64,000 bases of DNA from a virus (taxonomy: Duplodnaviria > Caudoviricetes). Made by a program: the position numbers and the translations under genes. The DNA lies in the IMG/VR virus record IMGVR_UViG_3300032318_000487, positions 15,390 to 79,389 of that record. One strand, given 5' to 3'. Positions 6,854 through 14,421 of this stretch are shown piece by piece. How positions within the stretch are numbered: position 1 is the first letter of the stretch; each line of letters opens with the position of its first letter. The notes beneath the pieces are model-generated. The model searched no databases. It saw nothing but the letters and a program-made list of their open reading frames with translations, and was not told the origin of the DNA.

Positions 6854-6926
6854 TTTGAAGTGTCATCGCTAACCCTAAACGATGATGAATTGATTTATTT
6901 AAAGGGCTATAAGTCAACACTTCAAA
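6854..6926. repeat. inverted-repeat-bounded spacer (TTTGAAGTGT ... ACACTTCAAA) with internal hairpin
   Basis: 10-bp perfect terminal inverted repeat filling the space between tRNA-Asn and tRNA-Val. Confidence 0.7.
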
Positions 6927-6927
6927 C

Positions 6928-7004
6928 TGGCTCGCATGGTAGGATTCGAACCTACAGTGGCCTGATTAACAGTCAGGTCCCGATACCAATTCGGGTTCAT
7001 GCGA
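6928..7004 (-). tRNA. tRNA-Asn(GTT)
   Basis: TCGCATG/CATGCGA acceptor, CCTGA-CTGTTAA-TCAGG, CCA. Confidence 0.93.
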
Positions 7005-7030
7005 ATAAACCTCAATCTCTCACTGTATAT

Positions 7031-7059
7031 ATTCTATACCATGGAAAGACATATGTCAA
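7031..7059 (-). promoter_or_regulatory. sigma70-type promoter upstream of tRNA-Asn
   Basis: TTGACA-N17-TAGAAT. Confidence 0.8.
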
Positions 7060-7067
7060 CTTGTTTT

Positions 7068-7406
7068 TTACTGGACAATCCGATAACTCACTCTACAATG
7101 TCCAACAGGAATACAACCTAAAGCCCTTGCAGCACCACGAGAAAGGTCTAAATCTCTTCCTCTAATGAATGGGCCTCGATCATTGATACGTACAATAACA
7201 GAATGTCCATTTCTTGTCAGGTGTAGTTTTGTTCCGAATGGAAGTGTTTTATGTGCTGCTGTTAATCCATCGGGAACAAATCTCTCACCGTTTGCGGTCC
7301 TTGTACCGTGATGATACCAAGAAGCGTTCATTGTTGCGCTTGATACGTCAGAGGTTGTTGCACAACCTCCTAATAAAAGCATTGCGACTAAGCTTATACA
7401 TCGCAT
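7068..7406 (-). CDS. rlpA: RlpA-like double-psi beta-barrel lipoprotein (septal-ring lytic transglycosylase family)
   Basis: Lipobox LLGGC, ASWY, TANGE, TAAHKTLPFGT, VRINDRGPF, DLS..AA. Confidence 0.9.
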   Translation of the reverse strand: MRCISLVAMLLLGGCATTSDVSSATMNASWYHHGTRTANGERFVPDGLTAAHKTLPFGTKLHLTRNGHSVIVRINDRGPFIRGRDLDLSRGAARALGCIPVGHCRVSYRIVQ

Positions 7407-7424
7407 TTATTTTCCTTTCTTGAA

Positions 7425-7499
7425 TGGAGGTGCTTCCCAGAGTCGAACTGGGTTCTCAAGGATTTGCAGTCCCGCGACTTACCGTCTGCCCCAAGCACC
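7425..7499 (-). tRNA. tRNA-Cys(GCA)
   Basis: Loop CTGCAAA, U discriminator, CCA. Confidence 0.9.
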
Positions 7500-7505
7500 T
7501 TTAAA

Positions 7506-7581
7506 TGGTAGACCCAGCAGGATTCGAACCTGCAACCTGGAGATTAAAAGTCTCTTGCACCACCTATTGTGCTATGGGTCC
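7506..7581 (-). tRNA. tRNA-Lys(TTT)
   Basis: AGAGA-CTTTTAA-TCTCC, CCA. Confidence 0.93.
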
Positions 7582-7631
7582 ATTATTTTCTTCATGTTTC
7601 TACCACAGAATATCAATACTCTATACTAGTT

Positions 7632-7708
7632 TGGTCGGGGAAGCCGGACTCGAACCGACGACCTGATGCTCCCAAAGCAACTGCTCTACCAGACTGAGCT
7701 ACTCCCCG
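7632..7708 (-). tRNA. tRNA-Pro(TGG)
   Basis: CGGGGAG acceptor, loop TTTGGGA, CCA. Confidence 0.93.
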
Positions 7709-7841
7709 TAAATGTTTCTTCTGTGTCCTAACTTATAGACGAACACCGAGATGTTTCCATGAATAGAGGGACGTTGAGATCGTCCACTCTATGATCCGAT
7801 TCAGTTGTCAAACAGTAATGTTTATTTAGTATACTTTTTAT

Positions 7842-7994
7842 CTAGGCTCGCTCAAGAATGGGCTTGCCGATGATTGTATTGTGATATGTAAGACTGCGAA
7901 TCCAAGAGAACGCAGTCTTCATCTCATTGAAAACGACTGACTTTGTTTCCAAGAAACCGTCTTTCGCCATGTAGTCGTAAGTTACTCTGACCAT
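7842..7994 (-). CDS. small hypothetical protein (50 aa)
   Basis: MVRVTYDYMAKDGFLETKSVVFNEMKTAFSWIRSLTYHNTIIGKPILERA; GAGGAG SD and a consensus promoter upstream. Confidence 0.7.
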   Translation of the reverse strand: MVRVTYDYMAKDGFLETKSVVFNEMKTAFSWIRSLTYHNTIIGKPILERA

Positions 7995-8021
7995 TTCCGT
8001 CTCCTCATCATCATATAAGGT

Positions 8022-8050
8022 ATTATAGACGATCTTCTATGCTTTGTCAA
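8022..8050 (-). promoter_or_regulatory. consensus sigma70 promoter
   Basis: TTGACA-N17-TATAAT. Confidence 0.9.
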
Positions 8051-8051
8051 G

Positions 8052-8127
8052 TGGTGCACGAGGAGGGATTCGAACCCCCGATAAGACCGTTATGAGCGGC
8101 CGGCATTAACCGCTATGCTACTCGTGC
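8052..8127 (-). tRNA. tRNA-Met/Ile2(CAT), non-initiator
   Basis: GGCCG-CTCATAA-CGGTC, paired G1-C72; Met versus lysidine-Ile cannot be decided by eye. Confidence 0.88.
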
Positions 8128-8310
8128 GAAACTCTGTTCTTCATATGCAAATTTTGAAGCATCATTAATCATATCCATCAACCGCCAACATTCGACACGA
8201 GAAACTTCCATCGGAATCGTAAAACCAACTTTATCACCACGATTTAGATGGAACATTAAGAGAGACACATCTTCTTCATTTCGAATATTAAGAACGGGAA
8301 AATCTGTCAT
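8113..8310 (-). CDS. hypothetical protein whose last codons overlap the tRNA(CAT) 5' end
   Basis: MTDFPVLNIRNEED...FARVA*; AAGGA SD; stop TAG inside the tRNA D-arm. Confidence 0.6.
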   Translation of the reverse strand: MTDFPVLNIRNEEDVSLLMFHLNRGDKVGFTIPMEVSRVECWRLMDMINDASKFAYEEQSFARVA

Positions 8311-8330
8311 GCTTATCCTTGCTTTTGCTT

Positions 8331-8407
8331 TGGTACCCACGGTCAGGTTCGAACTGACACTTTAGAGATTTTAAGTCTCTTGTCTCTGCCTGTTGGACTA
8401 CGTGGGC
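8331..8407 (-). tRNA. tRNA-Leu(TAA), short variable arm
   Basis: AGAGA-CTTAAAA-TCTCT, 5-nt variable region, CCA. Confidence 0.88.
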
Positions 8408-8417
8408 GTTGTTGTAA

Positions 8418-8493
8418 TGGCGGTCCCGGCAGGACTCGAACCTGCATATGACAGTTTAGAAGACTGTTGCCTTATCCATTAGACTACGGAACC
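8418..8493 (-). tRNA. tRNA-Arg(TCT)
   Basis: GGTTCCG/CGGGACC acceptor, ACAGT-CTTCTAA-ACTGT, CCA. Confidence 0.92.
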
Positions 8494-8834
8494 TGATCTC
8501 TGTGTTCTTCTCGGTGACAGTTGGCACAAAGGCACTTACACTTATCTAGTTCAGCCTTTATCTTGTCCCAACTCCACAATCTCATTTTATTCCAGTCAGC
8601 ATCTTTGCTGTTAGGATCAGTATGATGAAACTCAAGGGCGCCATAGTATCTATCATAACCACATGCCTCGCATTTACCACCTTTGTATCGTATAGCATCT
8701 AACTTGCGCTTTTTCCATCTTTCAATACAGTATTCATTGAAACACTCGCGGCATCTTGATTGCCACTTCTTTGCGTTCTTTTTGTATGCTGTATCTTCAT
8801 TCAACTCTTTTTGACAACCAGAACAGACTTGCAT
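8484..8834 (-). CDS. HNH endonuclease with Cys zinc-binding motifs
   Basis: CxxC motifs, ALEFHHTDP, ELDKCKCLCANCHREEH; last 10 nt overlap tRNA-Arg. Confidence 0.85.
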   Translation of the reverse strand: MQVCSGCQKELNEDTAYKKNAKKWQSRCRECFNEYCIERWKKRKLDAIRYKGGKCEACGYDRYYGALEFHHTDPNSKDADWNKMRLWSWDKIKAELDKCKCLCANCHREEHRDQVP

Positions 8835-8843
8835 TGAAACTCC

Positions 8844-8870
8844 TAGAATAGAAAATAAACTTCTATTCTA
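8844..8870 (-). promoter_or_regulatory. 10-bp hairpin abutting the SD of the HNH gene
   Basis: TAGAATAGAA-GTTTATT-TTCTATTCTA immediately followed by GGAG-N5-ATG. Confidence 0.7.
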
Positions 8871-8888
8871 TATAGTGTTCCGCTGATT

Positions 8889-8899
8889 GCTACGGAGCC
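8889..8899 (-). pseudogene. probable 5' remnant of tRNA-Arg
   Basis: GGCTCCGTAGC versus GGTTCCGTAGT at the downstream tRNA start (9/11 identical), located just after a promoter. Confidence 0.5.
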
Positions 8900-8910
8900 G
8901 TTATTCTGTT

Positions 8911-8939
8911 ATACTACATTATATATCTCACTCTGTCAA
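8911..8939 (-). promoter_or_regulatory. sigma70-type promoter heading the tRNA array
   Basis: TTGACA-N17-TAGTAT. Confidence 0.75.
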
Positions 8940-9331
8940 GCGACACACCAATCAACATCATCAGCAGTTTCGATATCCTCAAAGCCATCGTATTCAGTGA
9001 TGCGATACAGAGTGCCCTTCGGCAAATCTTCAACAACAAGCTTTGCAGAACGCCCGTTAGCCTTCTCGCCAAGTTCTTCTACGACCTCAACAAGCGCAGG
9101 ATCAGTACGTTCGATGTTATGATCCCAAAGAGAATACTTGCGATAGAATTCTGAATCCATCAAATCCATGCCCGACGGATCAGAGGTGAAGTATAGACTG
9201 AACATATCAGACTTGGACTTAGGATCTCGCCAAACGTAGAAGTCAAGACCCTTCTTCTGAGCATACAAGCGTAAAGCTTCTTCAGACAGACCGAAACCAC
9301 CATAACAAGCGTTGATCACAACTTTAGTCAT
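8936..9331 (-). CDS. conserved phage hypothetical protein
   Basis: KVVINACYGGFGLS ... RTDPALVEVVEELG ... EYDGFE; start at ATG 9331 (TGATG overlap). Confidence 0.8.
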   Translation of the reverse strand: MTKVVINACYGGFGLSEEALRLYAQKKGLDFYVWRDPKSKSDMFSLYFTSDPSGMDLMDSEFYRKYSLWDHNIERTDPALVEVVEELGEKANGRSAKLVVEDLPKGTLYRITEYDGFEDIETADDVDWCVA

Positions 9332-9510
9332 CACTTCACCTTCAAGCAAGCGGTGCGAAGCACCTTAGTAGAACGAGCAACGAGCGTTCCCGCTTCATTT
9401 GCCGCTTTTTCACAAGTCATCTTATCAGACATCGGAATGTTTGTCAAAGCTACATTATTACCTTGAGCGAGAGCGCCAGCATAGATGTAGATGACCAGAA
9501 CATATTCCAT
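9331..9510 (-). CDS. small hypothetical protein (59 aa)
   Basis: MEYVLVIYIYAGALAQGNNVALTNIPMSDKMTCEKAA...CLKVK; start and stop overlap neighbours. Confidence 0.6.
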   Translation of the reverse strand: MEYVLVIYIYAGALAQGNNVALTNIPMSDKMTCEKAANEAGTLVARSTKVLRTACLKVK

Positions 9511-9620
9511 TACCAGTACCCCTTGAAGCAGCCGTAAGAGTAGACACCGAATGACAGAGCCGCAGCAAGCGCAAAGCCGATCAGAGGTCCAAAGATTACG
9601 AGAAGAGTGAAAGTGTCCAT
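9510..9620 (-). CDS. small membrane protein (36 aa)
   Basis: MDTFTLLVILGPLIGFALAAALSFGVYSYGCFKGYW; GAGGA SD. Confidence 0.55.
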   Translation of the reverse strand: MDTFTLLVIFGPLIGFALAAALSFGVYSYGCFKGYW

Positions 9621-9645
9621 CAGGTCCTCATTCGATCTTGATACT

Positions 9646-9674
9646 ATCTTATACTGATTCGCAGGTAGTGTCAA
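9646..9674 (-). promoter_or_regulatory. sigma70-type promoter
   Basis: TTGACA-N17-TAAGAT. Confidence 0.8.
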
Positions 9675-9913
9675 CCCTCTAGGTAGAGGACTAAAGCATA
9701 GGCTAAGTCTTGTGTTTCAACAACGTTCTTTCCAGAGTCCCATGAGACAACATACTTCACTTCCGGTCTACGTTTTCCGTAGATAGTTGTGAGTACATAA
9801 ACACCCTTAGACTTTCGAACGTCACCTTTGATTTTTGTAAAGCTGAGTAGACCTGACTGTATCGTATATCCGTCGAGTTGATTATACAGATCGTCGTACC
9901 GAGTGTCGGTCAT
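9671..9913 (-). CDS. hypothetical protein
   Basis: ORF track; start ATG 9913 after AAGGTG SD. Confidence 0.65.
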   Translation of the reverse strand: MTDTRYDDLYNQLDGYTIQSGLLSFTKIKGDVRKSKGVYVLTTIYGKRRPEVKYVVSWDSGKNVVETQDLAYALVLYLEG

Positions 9914-9924
9914 CACTTCACCTT

Positions 9925-10071
9925 TCAAGAGAGAAGAAGATCAAGTTCGTCGCGAAGTTCTTCGATCTGACCGAAGAGACGGAAAACGGAGGTATAGTCT
10001 TCACGATCCATCGCTTCGCTATACTCAAGTTCAAGATCAGAAAGGGTGTCTCGCATCATCTGAAGTATCAT
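9925..10071 (-). CDS. small acidic helical protein (48 aa)
   Basis: MILQMMRDTLSDLELEYSEAMDREDYTSVFRLFGQIEELRDELDLLLS; AGGAG SD. Confidence 0.6.
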   Translation of the reverse strand: MILQMMRDTLSDLELEYSEAMDREDYTSVFRLFGQIEELRDELDLLLS

Positions 10072-10087
10072 GGTCAAGCTCCTGTTA

Positions 10088-10291
10088 TTAGCGGGACTCA
10101 CCGATTGCTTTAGCGAGGCTGATCAGTTTTTCAGCGGCTTGTTGATTGCAGTAAGCGCCACTGAAGATATCTTGAACGGACACTCGGCGAAGACGGGCGA
10201 GGCGTTCTGCGGTGCAGTAGATGCCATAACGGTCTTCGAGAGGGATTTCAGAGTAGAGGTTAAAGAAGGCGGAGGAGGATCTGTTGGTCAT
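10088..10291 (-). CDS. hypothetical early protein
   Basis: ORF track; AAGGGG SD; first gene after palindrome and promoter. Confidence 0.65.
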   Translation of the reverse strand: MTNRSSSAFFNLYSEIPLEDRYGIYCTAERLARLRRVSVQDIFSGAYCNQQAAEKLISLAKAIGESR

Positions 10292-10361
10292 GGTCTAACC
10301 CCTTTCTCAATGTCTATGATGTTAGAATATCAGGTTTGACGGCAGAAATACAAGCAAAAAA

Positions 10362-10382
10362 AGTGCGACATTGTGTCGCACT
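10362..10382. repeat. palindrome GTGCGACA-N3-TGTCGCAC, copy 2 of 3
   Basis: AGTGCGACA-TTG-TGTCGCACT. Confidence 0.95.
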
Positions 10383-10419
10383 CTAAATCATTGATTTTGT
10401 TCAATATGTCTTTTTTAAG

Positions 10420-10650
10420 CTAGGCCATAAACTGCTCAAACTTGGCATTAACATCGATTGTTGGCACAGGCTTGAGTATAAAAGATGGAGTGAAACCATC
10501 AAATGCTCCACCTTGATTTAAAAAGTATGCAAGGTCCTCGGCATCATCTTTGAAATGAAATGTATCAATGTATTGGTCAGACATAACTTCATACACCGAC
10601 CAATAGTACTCGTTAAGCATCTCAAAAGCGATCACTTCATACTTCTTCAT
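10420..10650 (-). CDS. hypothetical protein
   Basis: ORF track; GAFDGFTPSFIL-type segment seen in T4-like phage small proteins. Confidence 0.7.
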   Translation of the reverse strand: MKKYEVIAFEMLNEYYWSVYEVMSDQYIDTFHFKDDAEDLAYFLNQGGAFDGFTPSFILKPVPTIDVNAKFEQFMA

Positions 10651-10653
10651 GAC

Positions 10654-10836
10654 TTATCCTTTCGGTACACAAGTTAGATTATAGTTATCCCAAGAGAAGC
10701 TACGCTTCTTCTTTTCCTCAATAACTTTTAGTGCAAGCATACACGCTTGTTGAGTATTAAACTCTTGAAAGGTTACAGTCTGCCCATTGCCACCTGCTCC
10801 TGCAAAGTAAGACACAACAATAAGAACGTAGATCAT
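10654..10836 (-). CDS. small hypothetical protein
   Basis: ORF track; coupled to the gp41 stop. Confidence 0.6.
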   Translation of the reverse strand: MIYVLIVVSYFAGAGGNGQTVTFQEFNTQQACMLALKVIEEKKKRSFSWDNYNLTCVPKG

Positions 10837-12221
10837 TAGTTTACCTTTAGTCTCTTGAACTTGTCTCGATTCATACTATTGGATTTATCCATAACTGGAT
10901 TATCTTGTCCGCTGTCAATGATGTCCATCTGAGCCGACTGTTCAACATCATACAACTTCATCTTTGACCTGTCAATACCCAAAACAAATCGCTTGTTAAC
11001 TGTTGGATCATTATAACGATTTTTCAATTGCTTAACCATGATCTGACCAAGTTCTTGAAGCTGTTCTGTGGAAATCAAAGCGAACATAAAGTCCGCAGTT
11101 GCAGGAAGACCGAAAGATTCCGATGTGTCTGTCAAATCAACATCGGAGTTTGAATAACCAGATCGTGTTGTCTGTGTCGCTGTCACTAAAGGTACTTCAT
11201 ACTCAACGGCAAGACCACGAAGTTCTTCAGCAATGCTCTTGATATATGTATACGAGTTTACACTGCCACCAGGCTTAACTCTTGATGACATACAGATATT
11301 AAGATAGTCAATGAAGATGATATCAGGCTTGAATGACTTCTTTAGATTCAATTCATTCAACAATGCTTTAAAGTGAATAGTGGAAGCACCAGCAGTTGGA
11401 TACTCTTTGATGATAAGTTTACCGTTTGTCTTAGCCTTTAGAGACAAAGCTTTCTTCTCATACATTGATTTAGGAAGTTGCATCAAGTCTTCAAATGTAA
11501 TGTTCATAAGATTAGCATCGATACGCTTTGCAACTTCTTCTTCAGCAAGTTCTAGAGTTATGTAAAGAACATTCTTGCCCATGTTAAGACATGATGATGC
11601 CATGTGACACATGAACAATGACTTACCAACACCTGTACCTGCAAGAGCAACATTCAATGTCTTCTTAGGCAAACCATCTTTAGTGATCTTATTGAAGAAT
11701 TCTAGATCAAACGGAATCTTCTCTTGAACACGATGATAATACTCATACCGATCATCATATGATTCAAGATAGTCATGACCAACATTAGGATCAAACGATA
11801 CTGCAAGTGCATCAGACAACAATTGTGGAATAGCTCCCTTTGTGAGAGAGCTATTCTTATTGTTCATAATCTCGATTGAATTCATGATGGCATGATAGAT
11901 TGCTTTTTCTTGACAGAACTTTTCTGTCGAATCAGTCAACCAATCAACATTAGTATCGACTTTATCTTCTTGTAGAACCTTGATTGTATCATTGATACTC
12001 TTAACTTGATCTTCCTTAAGACCTTTCAGATTATCAATCTCAATCAACAAAGCATCTACTGTTGGAAGATTGTTATACTTAAGTATGAACTCTTTGATTT
12101 CCTTGAAGATTGTCCGATCTTCTTCTACAGTGAAATAGTGATCATGTAGAAAGGGAAGAACTCTTCTTGTATAGACTTCATTCTTCAACAAGTTCTTCAG
12201 AATTGTCTTTTCGATCTGCAC
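10836..12221 (-). CDS. gp41: replicative DNA helicase (T4 gp41-like)
   Basis: LAGTGVGKS Walker A, IFIDYLNI, ATQTTRSG, SESFGLPATAD; start moved to GTG 12221 with GGAGG SD. Confidence 0.96.
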   Translation of the reverse strand: MQIEKTILKNLLKNEVYTRRVLPFLHDHYFTVEEDRTIFKEIKEFILKYNNLPTVDALLIEIDNLKGLKEDQVKSINDTIKVLQEDKVDTNVDWLTDSTEKFCQEKAIYHAIMNSIEIMNNKNSSLTKGAIPQLLSDALAVSFDPNVGHDYLESYDDRYEYYHRVQEKIPFDLEFFNKITKDGLPKKTLNVALAGTGVGKSLFMCHMASSCLNMGKNVLYITLELAEEEVAKRIDANLMNITFEDLMQLPKSMYEKKALSLKAKTNGKLIIKEYPTAGASTIHFKALLNELNLKKSFKPDIIFIDYLNICMSSRVKPGGSVNSYTYIKSIAEELRGLAVEYEVPLVTATQTTRSGYSNSDVDLTDTSESFGLPATADFMFALISTEQLQELGQIMVKQLKNRYNDPTVNKRFVLGIDRSKMKLYDVEQSAQMDIIDSGQDNPVMDKSNSMNRDKFKRLKVN

Positions 12222-12507
12222 TAGGTGCCTCCGCAGCTTCAAGGATTAAATGATTTAGTAGAATGCCTAAGTGTTGTTCGAATCTCTTATCATTACGTAA
12301 TGTTAACTCACTAGATTCCGCAGGGTCAACAACGTCATAGGAAAATCTCAAAACGGCAGTGCCATTATCCTGTTCCTTCACACCAACTTGAGTGTATCGA
12401 AATATAACATCTTTGTATGGTGGTGTCAATATCTCAATTGCTATTGTATCACCGTTCTTAGATTTTGTTAGATCATCACGGAATCTGAAATCACTATTTT
12501 CAATCAT
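12178..12507 (-). CDS. hypothetical protein between uvsX and gp41
   Basis: ORF track; occupies the position of T4 gene 40, homology not verified. Confidence 0.7.
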   Translation of the reverse strand: MIENSDFRFRDDLTKSKNGDTIAIEILTPPYKDVIFRYTQVGVKEQDNGTAVLRFSYDVVDPAESSELTLRNDKRFEQHLGILLNHLILEAAEAPSADRKDNSEELVEE

Positions 12508-13556
12508 TCATCATTCTCCACACTAGTCTTGTTTGTCTTTCCATAAAGGAACTCTTGCTTGCAACCTTCATCAATCAAGTCGAGAATTTCTTTTGTGAAA
12601 TACTTCTGTGGATTCTTTTTGACTTGAGACTCGAATGCCTTATCACCATTTGGAAATTCGTATCTTGTTGAAACTTTCTTTACGATATCAAACTTCTCTG
12701 CAAGATCAAGTAGACCATAATATGGATCAAGACCCTCAGCGTAGTTCAACCAAGTCTCAACTCTCTTATCTTCAATAGTTAGACGAGCCTTCTTAGTGTG
12801 TGCAGTGACTACAGCACCTGTGCGACCTTCTTCATCATCTAGCATCTTGTCTTTCTTTTTTGAGAGAAAGATGATTGTAGATGCTGCATATTCTAGACCT
12901 GAACCACCACCCATCTTCTTGGTCGGCACATATGCACCAGTCACATCGTATACGTGATTAGTCACAATAAGAGCAACTTGTGCTTTACCTAGCTTCAATG
13001 TAAGAACACGAAATGCACCACGAATAAGCTGGGCACGAGTCATATCTCGTGTGTCTTTACCCTCTGAAATGTCAGCCATTTCTTTCTCAGTGGATAGATT
13101 ACCCAACGAGTCAAGAACAAATATCATAGGAAGTCTGTCTTTCTTCTCAAGATACTTGTCGAGAATCTTGGCAGCTTGTGTTCTAAACTCTTGAACAGTT
13201 GCAACTGGCATGATTGCAATTCGCTTTGTGTCAACACCACGATCTGTTAGCATTTGCTTAGAGATGGCAGACTCAGATTCAAAGTAAAAGATGAAGCCGT
13301 TTGGGTTGTCTATTAAGAATTGCTTACAGATGTTGATTGCATAGAATGTCTTACCAGTTGATGGTTCACCTGCTAGGGCAGTAACCTTATTAGCTGGAAG
13401 TCCGTTGTAAATAGAGCCAGAGAGCAAAGCATTGAGAGAATAGCTGCCACTATTAATAAATCCAGTAACATCACCCGCTTCGATTCCTTCGTCTGCGATG
13501 GACGCATACTCATTCTTAGTCTCCTTAATAAGTTCGTTAAATAAGTCATTCATCAC
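12504..13556 (-). CDS. uvsX: RecA-like recombinase
   Basis: AGEPSTGKT, YFESESA, VLDSLGNL, MGGGSG. Confidence 0.96.
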   Translation of the reverse strand: MMNDLFNELIKETKNEYASIADEGIEAGDVTGFINSGSYSLNALLSGSIYNGLPANKVTALAGEPSTGKTFYAINICKQFLIDNPNGFIFYFESESAISKQMLTDRGVDTKRIAIMPVATVQEFRTQAAKILDKYLEKKDRLPMIFVLDSLGNLSTEKEMADISEGKDTRDMTRAQLIRGAFRVLTLKLGKAQVALIVTNHVYDVTGAYVPTKKMGGGSGLEYAASTIIFLSKKKDKMLDDEEGRTGAVVTAHTKKARLTIEDKRVETWLNYAEGLDPYYGLLDLAEKFDIVKKVSTRYEFPNGDKAFESQVKKNPQKYFTKEILDLIDEGCKQEFLYGKTNKTSVENDE

Positions 13557-13566
13557 TTTCTCCGTC

Positions 13567-14406
13567 TTACGTTTGTTCGAATAGTTTATTTGTTTCTGTC
13601 TTATTCTTTCTTGGCTTTTTGACTTTTGTTATAACTGGTTCTGCAACAGTCATATCAAGAAACTGTGGTTCATCATCTTTCTTCTTAGATATATTGAAAG
13701 CCAGCAGCAACAAAACAGCCAAGGGATCAAACACTATGATAAGTAATACTATCACAAATCTGATCGCTTTGTCAACTATTTCTTTATCAGAGTCACCATA
13801 GATCAACTCCGCAACATACTTGATTGGTCCTATCTCAGCTTCAATCTTTCTAACCTCTGAATCTAATCTTATTCTGTTGTTTCTTAACTCAGATAGACTG
13901 CTTACAAGTTCCTGCTTCTTTTTTACCAAAGCATCTCTAGTCTTTCTCTGTTGATCAGCAGCCCTTAGTGATGACTGTGCCTGATTACGTTCTGTCATTT
14001 TCGTAATTGCACTGTCAATCTGATCAATCTGAACATCGATGTCTTTGATAGAATCTTGAATCACTTTGATATCAGAGTCAATGATCTGAATCTTCTCAAT
14101 CACACCAACATTCAAGTTTATGCTCTGTTCGATATATGCTTTAGATAGAAAGCCGAAAATACCCATGCTTGTTATGAGCATGAGTATTACGATGGCAGAC
14201 ATTAGATATGCTTTGATTAGAGCAGGTGCTACTTTCCAGTTAGTATGAAGCCATGTTACAGCAACAAGCTTTCCTATCTCAAGGACTGTACCCATGATTA
14301 CTATTGACCAAAACGATCCTGCAAAGATCGTTGTCAAACCAATAATAGAGTAGTATGCGGCAACAGCAGAGATTGCTATGCCGGATGCAAATACAACATA
14401 ATTCAA
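13567..14406 (-). CDS. membrane-anchored coiled-coil protein
   Basis: Three N-terminal TM segments, long coiled coil, C-terminal TM (IIVFDPLAV). Confidence 0.8.
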   Translation of the reverse strand: MNYVVFASGIAISAVAAYYSIIGLTTIFAGSFWSIVIMGTVLEIGKLVAVTWLHTNWKVAPALIKAYLMSAIVILMLITSMGIFGFLSKAYIEQSINLNVGVIEKIQIIDSDIKVIQDSIKDIDVQIDQIDSAITKMTERNQAQSSLRAADQQRKTRDALVKKKQELVSSLSELRNNRIRLDSEVRKIEAEIGPIKYVAELIYGDSDKEIVDKAIRFVIVLLIIVFDPLAVLLLLAFNISKKKDDEPQFLDMTVAEPVITKVKKPRKNKTETNKLFEQT

Positions 14407-14421
14407 TTTGAATCCTCTATG

